A stretch of DNA of 26,160 nt from Tubiluchus corallicola (GCA_030141605.1 JAQGDQ010001447.1:1-26160), one strand, 5' to 3'. Positions 10,370-21,546 are shown, numbered from the stretch's first letter. The notes: generated from the letters alone by a model not told the origin. Translations and numbers: made by a program.

Positions 10370-11190
10370 AGAGTTACAAATAACCGAGACTGGGAATAAA
10401 ATTAAAGTTTATCTATGTACCCTAATGAGACTTTCTTAACATACAAACTAGTTCAATTCCATTAACTTTATTTACAAACGCTTAGCTATGCGTTGCTTTA
10501 TCTATTTATTTTCTACAGGTCTGTTTATTCATTACTTTGTCTTCTTTGTAAATACATAATTATTGGATAATTTTCTACATATAATGCCCTTGCCTATATA
10601 AACTGGTTGTTGTTGGCATAATGTACCACTAGACATGTTTTTAAACATCCAGACACTTTAAAGTAAGAATTTGTGAATATTTGGGTATTTTGTCTAAAAT
10701 TGCTAAGAAAAGTTAAAAAATTCTCCTCAGTCCAGTTTTATTGACCACACTTGTGCCTCTGGTCGCAAAGATGATTTTAATAATTTCAACATTGTAACCA
10801 GAGCTACAAATAACTGGGACTTATTAATAAAAGAAAGTTTATCTTTGTACCCTAATAAGCCTCCTGTTAATGTATAAAGCAGTTCAATTCCTTTAACTTT
10901 ATTTTCAAACACTTGGCTATTTGTTACTACATCAATTTCTTTTCTACTGGTCTGCTTAATCATTACCTATTTGGCTTTTGTAAATACATAATTAGTGCAT
11001 AATAGGCTCTGCCTATATAAACTGGTTGTATGTTTGTAAATTTACCACTGATGATGACAGCAGCAGCTAGTCGAAACGTTTGGAATGATTTTAACTTTTT
11101 AATATAAAAGTTTTTAATAAAGTTGCGTTGTTTTTAACTATAAATGTTTTTAAACTGTTTTAAATTAAGTTTTTTAATAAAAAATGTTAT
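10370..11190 (+). mobile_element. Penelope-like retroelement remnant: partial tandem of the GIY-YIG endonuclease C-terminus plus pseudo-LTR
   Basis: 10645-10905 translates (one frameshift, one stop) as TSRHFKVRICEYLGI...SSFIDH..SG....NNFNIV....NNWDLLIKESL.....PPVN.*SSSIPLTLF, the typical PLE EN tail. 10370-10630 is a diverged direct copy of 10800-11049. A TATA-like ctatataaa and a hammerhead follow. Confidence 0.8.
11041..11086 (+). ncRNA. Minimal type I hammerhead ribozyme motif
   Basis: cca-CTGATGA-t-GACAGC(agca)GCTaGTC-GAAA-cgTT-tgg: both core boxes, stem II, palindromic AAACGTTT stem III and a short cca/tgg stem I. The context is a PLE pLTR. Confidence 0.75.
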
Positions 11191-11363
11191 AATTTATTTA
11201 GTCCCAAATCACCATGCTTTCTAACAGTATGTTATATGAAGACTCCTACTACAGGACTTCCAGTTGTGTGTTTAATAATTCATTACCAAGTTATTATATA
11301 TTATTAACAAATGTGATTAGTAGACGAAATCGATACACGCAAGACATGAAGATTCATACGTAC

Positions 11364-11545
11364 CGACAGAAGCTTTCTATCGAGAGCATCTTCGACTGTC
11401 CCGAGGTAGAGGAATGGTAGGATTTTTGTAGGTCCGCTAGAACTGACGGGCATGCAGGGTTGAGAATGCGTTGTCAAGGTTACGCATTTGGCGTTCTTGT
11501 TCTCACAGAGTCGAGGATACGCCGCTTGAAATCCCAGAAAGCCAC
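11364..11545 (-). CDS. DUSP16: DUSP8/16-like coding exon 4 (GGFLGFQAAYPRLCE...SQPCMPVSSSGPTKILPFLYLG...LLS)
   Basis: tttag|GT ... TCG|gtacgt; 182 nt, phase 1/0. The SQPC-x-PV-xxx-GPT-x-ILP-x-LYLG linker is characteristic of DUSP8/16. Confidence 0.95.
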
Positions 11546-12117
11546 CTAAACGAAACGTCATTTTTATTGAACCGGTTAAACTTGCTAATAAGTCCATTAA
11601 AAAGCTGTTATCGATATGATTAATTCTATTGTAAAGCTAATGATACTAAAAGTGGGGTAGAGGAAACAATTGGAGAACAATGGAACCAGTGTTTGGTCAC
11701 TCATGAGTTATGACTGTCGCATTAATGAATTCGTCACCATCCGTAATCTATAATTTTAATTATGAATAATTTTTTGTTGTCACAAATTTTAAAGCACTTT
11801 TGAGTGAACGAGGTTTCGTTATTCAAGATAGTCTGAGATGACAGAACTATAAAATGCTATTGTAAGGTATGACTGGCAGGGGTGAGCATCGAACGTTCGA
11901 ATTCGATTCGAGCCTAAAACTATAGATTCGAATAATTCAGCACTTCAGCCACATATGTGCTTTATCATTTACGTCATCAAAGTCTCCCAGTTACGTCATA
12001 ATTTTCAAGTGAATGGCAGCAACCACCACGTCTGAAAATTTCTATTCAGAGGTAATATATTTTAAGTTCATGCTTTATAGACAGTTCTTTGCAAATTTCT
12101 TTGTTATAATTTCCTAA

Positions 12118-12315
12118 GTTTAAGTGATAACAGTAACATAAACCCAACATACCGAATAATTTGTTCTTGCCTTTAGGACACCACAAACAGTTTAAGTGAT
12201 CAGTAAAATATAACCAACATACTGAGTGACTTGTTGTTTCCTTTAGCACACCACAAACAGTTTAAGTGATCAGTAAAATATAACTAACATACTGAGTGAC
12301 TTGTTGTTTCCTTTA
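12118..12315. repeat. 70-bp tandem duplication (2 near-identical units plus 1 diverged)
   Basis: caccacaaacagtttaagtgatcagtaaaatataa at 12179 and 12249. Confidence 0.85.
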
Positions 12316-12560
12316 ATGGTTCTACATTGATTGACTCAGTGCTGCATGTAAAGTTTTAAACAGTAGAACACAAAATTTACAGATAATAAAGACTTTAATC
12401 TGAAGAAAATACGTCTACTATTGAACTGTGCAATGATTCAAACCTAAAGGCCTGATCACACTTAGGGACTACATTACCAGGCTATTTGTTTCACACGTTT
12501 ACGAGCAGACGGTATGGTTAACATTACACTGGAGAAGCACGGACAGATTTCAAGCTAGAG

Positions 12561-12680
12561 CAGAGGTTCTCAACGCGGGGGGGGGGGTATTCCCCCTTTG
12601 GTGGAGAAAGGGCTAGGGGGGAACGAGATTCAGCAGCCTTCAAAAGGGGGGAACGGGTCAAAAAAGGCTGGGAACCACTG
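12561..12680. mobile_element. 120-bp hAT (Charlie/MER5-like) MITE
   Basis: TIRs CAGAGGTTCTCAA / CTGGGAACCACTG. Flanks agctagag / gtctagag fit the NTCTAGAN 8-bp Charlie target. Confidence 0.8.
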
Positions 12681-13283
12681 GTCTAGAGTGTGAAATTTTG
12701 ATGGGCGCCACATTTTAGAGGCCCAGCGTTAAAAAATGTTATTCTTGGAAAATGCACATCGTTTCATAGTAATATATGCACATATTTTATAACACACCAC
12801 AAGCAGTTATTGAGTAACCTTGCATATAAGTACCTAACGATCTTACACGTGTCTTACACATATAAGACACAAGCACGATCATGCTTTTGTACAAAAGACA
12901 TATAATAAGCAAATATGAATGTTTTATAAAAGGTACTACACGGCAAACAATTGTGTAGCAAACCTTAGATATAAGTGCTGTTCAAATAATATACGTAATT
13001 AACAATAATCAAGTAGTTAACAGTGCTGCTAATACACCACAAGTAATTGTGCACAGAACTTCATATATAAAAAATCCGTAAAAGAGGTGGATGGGATTTA
13101 ACAGTCACTCAGGACATAGCAATGTCTTTGATACTCCCCTGATTAGTGACCTTGATATTGACCTTGACCCACATTCTGACCTTGATGAGCACTGGTAATT
13201 GCGTTGTTATCTACGAAGGTTACAGCGAACGCAGCTTCCGCGGTGATTAGAAACCTGCAAGAAATTTATCTTAAATAACTCAC

Positions 13284-13458
13284 CTGACAAAAGGCTGACA
13301 TTTCCAAAAGTCTGCTGAAGTTTGCAGATGAGAACGTGGAGAAAGCTCTCTTGTGATATCGATTCAAGATTCTCCGTCATCTCATCGTAAACAATAACAT
13401 CCGATGACTCGACAGCATCCAATGGACAATTCTGAGAGATGAGCTCTTTCACGGTTAC
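13284..13458 (-). CDS. DUSP16: DUSP8/16-like coding exon 3, rhodanese domain (VTVKELISQNC...VIVYDE...FLHVLICKLQQTFGNVSLLS)
   Basis: ttctaaag|GTA ... TCAG|gtgagt; 175 nt, phase 0/1. Contains the VVVYD and FLxVLxxKL motifs. Confidence 0.93.
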
Positions 13459-13540
13459 CTTTAGAAATGAAAGCAGAAGTAGATGAGTTAGATTTTTTAT
13501 GCCACTATACTTCTTCTTTAATTTAATTCTTACATTTTTT

Positions 13541-13940
<400 letters not shown>

Positions 13941-14200
13941 AAATTTATTTGGAAATGTAAATACAAATACAATATCAAGAAATACTGGGAAAAATAGATA
14001 TTAATAATAATGATTATATGACAGCGTGCACATAATAAATGGCAAGAAAGTGAAACTTGTTAGGTGCTTGCACCATTATAAACACGTCCTAATAATGAAA
14101 AAAAGAACAAAAAAGAAGGTTTTTAGGCAATTTTAAAAAAGAGTTGTGCCAAGTAAGAATAGAAGTGATGGATAAAAGAATTAGAATTGATTTATTTTCA
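13941..14200 (-). mobile_element. Possible 3' end of an L2/CR1-type LINE whose (ATT)n tail seeded the microsatellite
   Basis: Minus strand ...ggtgcaagcacctaacaagtttc...catttccaAATAAAtttattattatt. No convincing ORF remnant. Confidence 0.3.
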
Positions 14201-14275
14201 GCTGTTAATAAAAAAAAATATTAGTACAATGTAACAAAATATAACACAATAATATCAGTTTTAGTTACTTTTTAC

Positions 14276-14771
14276 TAGTGATGTTCGATTTTGAAATTTT
14301 CTAATTTGATTACAATCTTGTTCTTGTAATTCGATGTCACGATTAATCTTTTGCGGTAATTTTTTTAATTGTTTAGCCGCATCTTTCAAACATTGCAGCA
14401 CTGAAATACAACTAATAAACTTCTTCATGGCTTTTGTCGTTGGCTGCCATTTTCATACTCGCAAACTATTTTTATAGACAAGCACATTCATTAACTACTT
14501 TATTACTATGTCAACTTCACACGTCATAAGAAGCCCCAGTTTACAACACTGTGGTTTGTAATTGTGTGCATTGTGTAAGGTGAGAAAAATGAAGAAAAAT
14601 GCAAGAATTCCGTTAATTTGTGCTAAAACATTGTCTTTTAGTCAGTGTGTAACAAGTATATTTTGTCCCCAATCTCGATTAATTGAATTACTGATCAATC
14701 ATCGATTATATCGATTTACACATGGTTGCAATCTCAATTAATTCAATTAATCTATTAATTGCCTATCACTA
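14276..14771. mobile_element. hAT-type MITE (496 bp)
   Basis: Termini TAGTGATG..CGATT / AATTGCCTATCACTA, subterminal CGATTA/TAATCG motifs, 8-bp TSD ctttttac/ctatttac (7/8). Confidence 0.75.
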
Positions 14772-15483
14772 CTATTTACAAGTGAAGGGGTGGTGAATTA
14801 GCGTAAGTTATCAAGTCACCCACCCCAAAATTGTTTTGGGCTGCTAGAGCTGCTATAGTTTTTTCTATAGTTTATTCTTATTACGGTTCTGTGTTACTGA
14901 TAGACCAGTGAAGAGAATGTCATATATGCTTTTCTAGTTATTCACATGTCCTGAATCTCTATTTCATGAGGATCATTTTGATACCAAGCTCATCGCTCTA
15001 TGTTATTTCTAAGCTGAGATAATCCACGTTGAAGTTGATGTGCAGGCTGCACACTGAAAAACATAATCTTGAGAATATCACTGTTAAAGTCAGCCATTGT
15101 TTTTCCACATTTCTACTGAAACCTTTTCTACAGAGATGCTTAGCAACTGTACAAAACAATGGTTGCCATGGACTTTGCAAGAACACGTTGAAGTTATGTT
15201 TGAATCCAGTAGATGGCTCTTTTTGACGAAGGTCTGAGCTTGACAGCTAAAAAAACCCGATTTAACATTCTCTTCACTGGTTTATCAGTAACATTGCAAA
15301 AGATGCAGGTGAAAATAAGATTGATGACAGAGCAAAGAATGTTCACTGTTCACATTGCAAAAAAGACACAGAACGATTTAACCCCCCCCCCCCCCCAAAG
15401 TTGTCACGTTTCCCTGTTATTGATATCCCCAAGTCAAGTTTCAAAAGAATAAGCTTTTTCACACTTTCGTTGTGTGCATGCTC

Positions 15484-15831
15484 AGTTGCTGCAGGTCAAT
15501 GGTTAAGTGTACCACAGCAATGCGTCTTAGCTACAACCGCCACGTGACGTGTGTGTAAAACAAAGCTGTCTGACACATCAGTTCAGTTTGTTTTACGTGG
15601 ACTTTAGTTAATTATGAATTAGTTTGTTCGTAGAGTGATTTACTAGCAGGATCTTGCTTGGGAACAAGAAAAAATGAACTAGATAAGATTCTAGCTAGCT
15701 GTTTAAACTGTTACCTTTACAACAGCATGGGCTGCGAGGCATTGTCAACTGTATACAAATGTGCAGTCTGGTACACTTAACCTTTGACCTTTTCACGATC
15801 ATCATCAATCGCTCGAACTGTGAAAAGGTTT
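15484..15831. mobile_element. Dispersed ~350-bp repeat, copy 1, with a 22-bp inverted repeat at 15493-15514 / 15769-15790
   Basis: aggtcaatggttaagtgtacca ... tggtacacttaacctttgacct; direct homolog at 18764-19120. Confidence 0.75.
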
Positions 15832-15850
15832 ATTCAATGTCTATTCTCAC

Positions 15851-15961
15851 CTTGTCTTGTTGAAGTCGTCGCTTAACGAGTTTAGAGCAGCAGATGTTGA
15901 CAGCGTGAGCGATGTGGCAGGTATTGAACTCTAAAAATGATCGGCTATCGATTATCAGAAC
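15851..15961 (-). CDS. DUSP16: DUSP8/16-like coding exon 2, rhodanese domain with kinase-interaction motif (VLIIDSRSFLEFNTCHIAHAVNICCSKLVKRRLQQDK)
   Basis: ttcacag|GTT ... AAG|gtgaga; 111 nt, phase 0/0. Closely matches the DUSP16 motif VLLIDSRPFVEYNTSHILEAININCSKLMKRRLQQDK. Confidence 0.95.
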
Positions 15962-16034
15962 CTGTGAAATCAATAATTTGAAATTAAATGTTGAATAGCA
16001 GTGACACAGTGTAATATGACAATTCAAAAAAAGC

Positions 16035-16316
16035 TTGGTTTATCAGAGTTATGCAACACTGGGGCTGGTCAGTACTACGATGGGTGAGTGTATAAAAACC
16101 TGCATGATTGGTTACCTAAATTTGATGTTGGTTTATCAGAGTTATGCAACACTAGGTTTGGTGAGCACTATGATGGGTGAGTGCAGAAAAACTCGCATTA
16201 TTGATTATCTAAACTTGATCTTGGTTTAACAGAGTTATGCAACACTAAGTCTGGTTAGTACTGTGATGGGTGATTAGGGTGAGAACAGAAAAGTTGGTTT
16301 GCTATCTAAATTTGAT
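16035..16316 (+). repeat. 93-bp tandem repeat x3 containing a 5S internal-control-region-like segment
   Basis: ggttta recurs at 16037, 16130 and 16223. agttatgcaacac...tggtcagtact..gatgggtga aligns to 5S agttaagcaacg...ggttagtacttggatgggtga. Confidence 0.75.
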
Positions 16317-16547
16317 AAAATTGCACTGCATCTTAACGTAAAACAGTTTAATCTTGAACATCTAGAATGAAGTCTTTTATATCAGTCCAAAAATTATTCT
16401 AATGCTACTTCAAACTCTTGCTGAGAAAATTTGCGACCAATTATGCACACTTAAAGAACAAAAAACGCTTTTTATAATTAGAGCTTAAAAATTTGTCTTG
16501 CTGCCATAAATGAAATAAAAATCTTATTGCACGTAGAACTTGCGTCA

Positions 16548-17210
16548 GCAGTAACCCTGTATAAAACTTGTAAATTTAAAATTTAAACTCGCGCGATGGC
16601 CGCCAGGCTTAACCATTTCGAGGATAAGTTATTTGGAATAAGTTTAGATAACACTGCCTAAGGTTTGAAAAAATAATCAGAGTCTTCATAGCACACTAGC
16701 TACTAACTAAACAAAAGTTTAAAATACCTTTTATTGGCAATAACATCAATAATGTGATTTTTGGTGAATCAGTGATGTACACTGGGAAGGTGACTCAGTG
16801 ATGCACACTGTGAAGGTAACTCAGTGGTGCACACTGGGTAGGTGAATCAGTGATGTACACTGGGAAGGTGAATCAGTGATGTACACCGGGAAGGTGACTC
16901 AGTGATGCACACTGGGAAGGTGAATCAGTGATGCACACTGGGAAGGTGAATCAGTGATGTACACTGGGAAGGTGACTCAGTGATGCACACTGGGAAGGTG
17001 ACTCAGTGATGCACACTGGGAAGGTGACTCAGTGATGCACACTGGGATAGCAATGCAGTGCTGTTTTGCCACGTGGCGCGAATATTTTAATTCATTAAGA
17101 ATTTATTTTCTTATTACATAAGTCTTTCAGACAGGTAACTGTAACGCCAAGTAATATAACTTTGTGTGGGAACTTTTTGGGACACACTTTAGAATAGCTT
17201 TTACTTCCCA
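16548..17210. repeat. Dispersed repeat copy A (hosts the 26-bp minisatellite)
   Basis: gcagtaaccctgtataaaacttgtaaattta...aagtttagataac... is collinear with 23970-24380. Confidence 0.75.
16763..17047. repeat. 26-bp minisatellite, 11 units (ggtgaMtcagtgatgYacactgggaa)
   Basis: Exact 26-bp period from 16763. Confidence 0.97.
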
Positions 17211-17561
17211 TTTAAATACTAAAGACGTCAGAAGGCAGTTAAGAAAGTGGAAACAATAACAATAAATAATCAATAAGATTAAAGGAAAAGGGACTGAAAG
17301 GCTGCACCTAGCTAATGCAAACTACGTCGCTCAGTGTGACAAATTTGACATTGCAAATATTCAATATCAAACCACCAGGGGCGCTTATTATTAGTAACAG
17401 TCTGGGAATGGCAGCATAAAGCAGCTTAATACAGTAATCAATAGAAGCAGACCTCTATAAATAAAAACCAATACAGCTGAGGCATAAAAGAACAGTGCCT
17501 TACAGCAAAACTGAAAATAAAGGATAATGGCAACAGCCAATCAGAAACTAACGTAAACAGA

Positions 17562-18665
17562 AACTAAACTTAAAGCAATTATGATACTTTAACAACATAA
17601 TTAAACTTTAACTAAACTTAGAGCAATTATGATGCTTTAACAACATAATTAAACTTTAACTAAACTTCGAGCAATTATGATACTTTAACAACATAATTAA
17701 TTTTTAACTAAACTTAGAGCAATTATGATAGTTTAACAACATAATTAAACTTTAACTAAACTTAGAGCAATTATGATACTTTAACAACATAATTAAACTT
17801 TAACTAAACTTAGAGCAATTATGATACTTTAACAACATAATAAAACTTTAACTAAACTTAGAGCCATTATGATACTTTAACAACATAATAAAACTTTAAG
17901 TAAACTTAGAGCAATTATGATACTTTAACAACATAATTAAACTTTAACTGAACTTAGAGCAATTATGATACTTTAACAACATAATGAAACTTTAACTAAA
18001 CTTAGAGCAATTAAGATACTTTAACAACATAATTAAACTTTAACTAAACTTAGAGCAATTATGATACTTTAACAGCATAATTAAACTTTAACTGAACTTA
18101 GAGCAATTATGATACTTTAACAACATAATTAAACTTTAACTAAACTTAGAGCAATTATGATACTTTAACAACATAATTAAACTTTAACTAAACTTAGAGC
18201 AATTATGATACTTTAACAACATAATTAAACTTTAACTAAACTTAGAGCAATTATGATACTTTAACAACATAATTAAACTTTAACTAAACTTAGAGCAATT
18301 ATGATACTTTAACAACATAATTAAACTTTAACTAAATTAAGAGCAATTATGATACTTTAACAACATAATTAAACTTTAACTAAACTTAGAGCAATTATGA
18401 TACTTTAACAACATAATTAAACTTTAACTAAATTAAGAGCAATTATGATACTTAACAACATAATTAAACTTTAACTAAACTTAGAGCAATTATGATACTT
18501 TAACAACATAATTAAACTTTAACTAAACTTAGAGCAATTATGATACTTTAACAACATAATAAAACTTTAACTAAACTTAGAGCAATTATGATACTTTAAC
18601 AACATAATTAAACTTTAGCTAAACTTAGAGCAATTATGATACTTTAACAACATAATTAAACTTTA
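17562..18665. repeat. 48-bp AT-rich minisatellite, ~23 units
   Basis: Unit aactaaacttagagcaattatgatactttaacaacataattaaacttt, highly homogeneous. Confidence 0.97.
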
Positions 18666-18763
18666 GTCAAGAGCTATATCTTTATAGGCAGTCATTTCTG
18701 CCATAATTTGAACACAAGTCCCCTGGCATTTAGGCAGTTACGTAGTACAACATAGTTTGATAT

Positions 18764-19120
18764 AGTTGCTGTAGGTCAAAGGTTAAATGTACGACAGCAA
18801 TATGTCTTGACTATAACTTTCAAGGACGTGCGGGTAAAGCAAAGCCGTCGGCCACATCAGTTCAGTAACTGCAATTGTTTTACGTGGATTTTACTTAATT
18901 ATGCATTAGTCTGTGAGTAGAGTGATTTTATTAGCGGGATCTTGCTTGGGAACAAGAAAAAATGAACTAGGTAAGGTTCTAGGTAGCTGCTAAAATGGTT
19001 AGTATTACAAAAGCATGGGCTGCGAGGCGTTGTCTAGTGTACACAAATGGGTTGCCTGGTATACTTGACCTTTGACCTTTAAATGGTTATCATCAATCCC
19101 TGGAACTGGGAAAAGATTTT
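18764..19120. mobile_element. Dispersed ~350-bp repeat, copy 2
   Basis: Shares ggatcttgcttgggaacaagaaaaaatgaactag and the inverted repeats with 15484-15831. Confidence 0.75.
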
Positions 19121-19246
19121 AATGAACTGCAGAATCTTCATTGTAATTAGAAGAAAGGAGAGCTTTTCTGGTGGGAGGAAAGCAGGAAAGCTAATTAGCT
19201 AATTGATTACATATTTTTTCTACATCTTTAGCAAATCTTTACCCAC

Positions 19247-19333
19247 CTCTGCATTGTTACTTCGGATCACAGTGGCCACCTGCTGGACGTTGCAGACCGT
19301 TAGCGATCCGCGTTGCTCTCCACAAACTTCCAT
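19247..19333 (-). CDS. DUSP16: DUSP8/16-like MAP kinase phosphatase, coding exon 1 (MEVCGEQRGSLTVCNVQQVATVIRSNNAE)
   Basis: ATG at 19333 in strong Kozak context (AAGATGG), with an in-frame TGA upstream at 19400-19402. 87 nt ending GAG|gtgggt in phase 0, joining VLIIDSR. Length and character match the DUSP16 N-terminus before VLLIDSR. Not in the ORF track. Confidence 0.72.
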
Positions 19334-19811
19334 CTTTTCTACACAAAGCCAGAAGCGATCCACATGATTCGGAGAGACTTGTTCATTGTTCTGTAACTTT
19401 CACATGGATGTCGTACAGATTTCTCATGAATTTGAAGTGGATTAACGTGGATTTCGTGATTTTGACGCCATCAGATAAAATTCTAGTGAATTTCGATGCT
19501 AATTTTCTGTTACTTTCATACTGATAGGTAGTTTATCTATCAATATCACATTCACCAGAATTCCAGGATTTACGGGAATTTTCCGTGCATCTCGCAAAGA
19601 TATCCTACAAAGGTTTAAGAGTTAAGCAGACTTTCCGCATCTTTCACGCTCTTATCACGTGGATTACTGGAGAGGATAAATCGTTCAGCAGCTGATAATG
19701 AAGCCGGTTACGAGAAGCCTGGATGAGACCGCTATATGCACGCGAGTTGTGAAGCCAAGTTTTCAGCAGGTCACTCAGTGGCTTCAGTAGAAAATCAATG
19801 AGTTTTGTCAA
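19334..19811 (-). other. 5' UTR portion of the first coding exon (implies an unlocated upstream non-coding exon, or a trans-splice acceptor)
   Basis: Minus strand reads ctaac-aaagactcttctctcttctttcag|TTGAC: branch point, polypyrimidine tract and AG at 19812-19813. The sequence is non-repetitive down to the ATG. Confidence 0.55.
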
Positions 19812-20006
19812 CTGAAAGAAGAGAGAAGAGTCTTTGTTAGTTATTTCACGGAGAGTGTGTAAGAAAATAACAGTAATTAATGATTGTTGAAACGGGCGAT
19901 ATAATTATCATCTAAAATATAGGAGTTTCAATTGGTCTAGGTTTCAAATTAATAGTGGTTTCAATTGCAGTACAGGGTGAGCAAAAAATATGCTACCATA
20001 TCTAAT

Positions 20007-20494
20007 CAGGCTGCATAAGATTATGGATATCCATAAAATAAGACCAAAAATCCATAAAATAAAATTTTAAAAATCCATAAAATAAGAAATGCATAAAATA
20101 AAAAAATATTTTTTTGTGATTTTTCGTACAAAATAAGGCAATCAAAGCCGAATACAGGCATTGGATCGGAAACTTCAGCCTAGAGGGCATTCTACATTCG
20201 TACCAAATAGACGAATTATTTGAACTGAAGTGATGAATTACAAGGCATTGTCTCGTAAAATCTGATTAAATTTGAAGTGATATGAAACCGATAAAATTAA
20301 AACTAAGTCCTGCGTGTTTAAAAACACGTTTCAAGCACTCCTGTTTTTACTTTTTAATTGATTTCCCCCTGGGCATCTCGTTCCAGATATAGTCTATTTC
20401 TTATTTTATTGATATCCATAAAATAAAATTTCAAAAATCCATAAAATGAGCTATTTTATTTATTTTATACATATCCATAATCTTATGCACCCTG
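20007..20494. mobile_element. MITE (488 bp) with 24-bp TIRs
   Basis: CAGGCTGCATAAGATTATGGATAT / ATATCCATAATCTTATGCACCCTG, reiterated internal TCCATAAAAT, and catatct in both flanks (imperfect TSD). Confidence 0.82.
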
Positions 20495-21038
20495 CATATC
20501 TTTAACTATGTAATTGTTTATACAACTGTAGCACATTAAAAACGCTACAAAAACTTAGACTGCAACTTCCTTAAAGTTTTCAATCACACGTGTTTTTCAT
20601 TATTATTAAAATTTGAGGTATTTTAGATAAAATATTATGGCGTTTACATGGAACTAATTTCCAGTAAAAGTGCAGGCAAGCCCTAGTGTTTGCTACTGTG
20701 TAACACCTAACTAACAACGATCCTAGCAAAGCGATTTCAGAATAGGCTCACCCTATTCATACGGGTGTTAAACACGTTAGTTCCGTGCTGCGTTAGGCAA
20801 ATGGAATATTCATTTAGGGTATTCATATTCGTTCATATTCAATAATTTTGTTGGGCGTTACGTAAGCTGCTGCAAAACTGCCAAAACACGTCAAATCACC
20901 ATCGATACTCAAGCAAGTTAACAGTGGGAGAATGCACAAGCGAAATCTTTTTTGAATATTCTGCAAGAACTTTTCATACTTAACGTTTTAGAAAGTACGA
21001 GTCTTTCTCACTCATAATGCAACACCACAACTGCTGCA

Positions 21039-21546
21039 CAGAGTTCCCACGAAATTTTAAAATAAATTTTCGACTTTTTCTTGACCTTCCCTGACCAAAT
21101 ATTGATTTTCCATGACCAACATAAGCAGAAATTGCATTACCAGTATACGTATTCAAACATTTTTGTGTATGAACATTCATACATGTACTGATATGAGTCT
21201 ATAATGTGTCGGTACAGTTGCAGTAGTGCCAACCAAATTACACTAATCACATTAAATCAACTTTCTTAACCTAATCATTATTTTTGGAACAGAAATCTAA
21301 ACTGGGAGCCTGTTATAGCAAAATTTTATTAAAACACAAATCGCTGAAAAATATGTTTGGAAAAATATCGGTTCACGGTGATCATCTTTGCAATTCCTCT
21401 TTCTTTCCTTTCCAATTTCTCTGACTTTTCGCCTTATTTTCATCATTTTTCCTGACTTTTTACCAAATTATCTTTCTCCTTGACTTTTCCATGACTTTCC
21501 AGGATACCAGGTAATTTCAAGGATTTCCCTGCCCGTGGGAACCCTA
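21039..21546. mobile_element. Degenerate MITE with CAGGGTTCCCACG-type TIRs
   Basis: cagagttcccacg / cgtgggaacccta termini; reiterated ttccctgac/ttccatgac subterminal motifs at both ends. TSD not recognisable. Confidence 0.65.

Noticed and set aside
11877-11940. hAT-like left end CAGGGGTGAGC with TTCGAAT motifs
   Set aside because: No matching right TIR or TSD found.
14785-15200. Possible further DNA-element remnant (gaatctctatttcatgaggatcattttgatacc...)
   Set aside because: Looks repeat-like, but no termini, TSD or second copy in the window.
16763-18665. CRISPR-like appearance of short regular repeats
   Set aside because: Head-to-tail units with no unique spacers, no cas genes, and a eukaryotic intron context.
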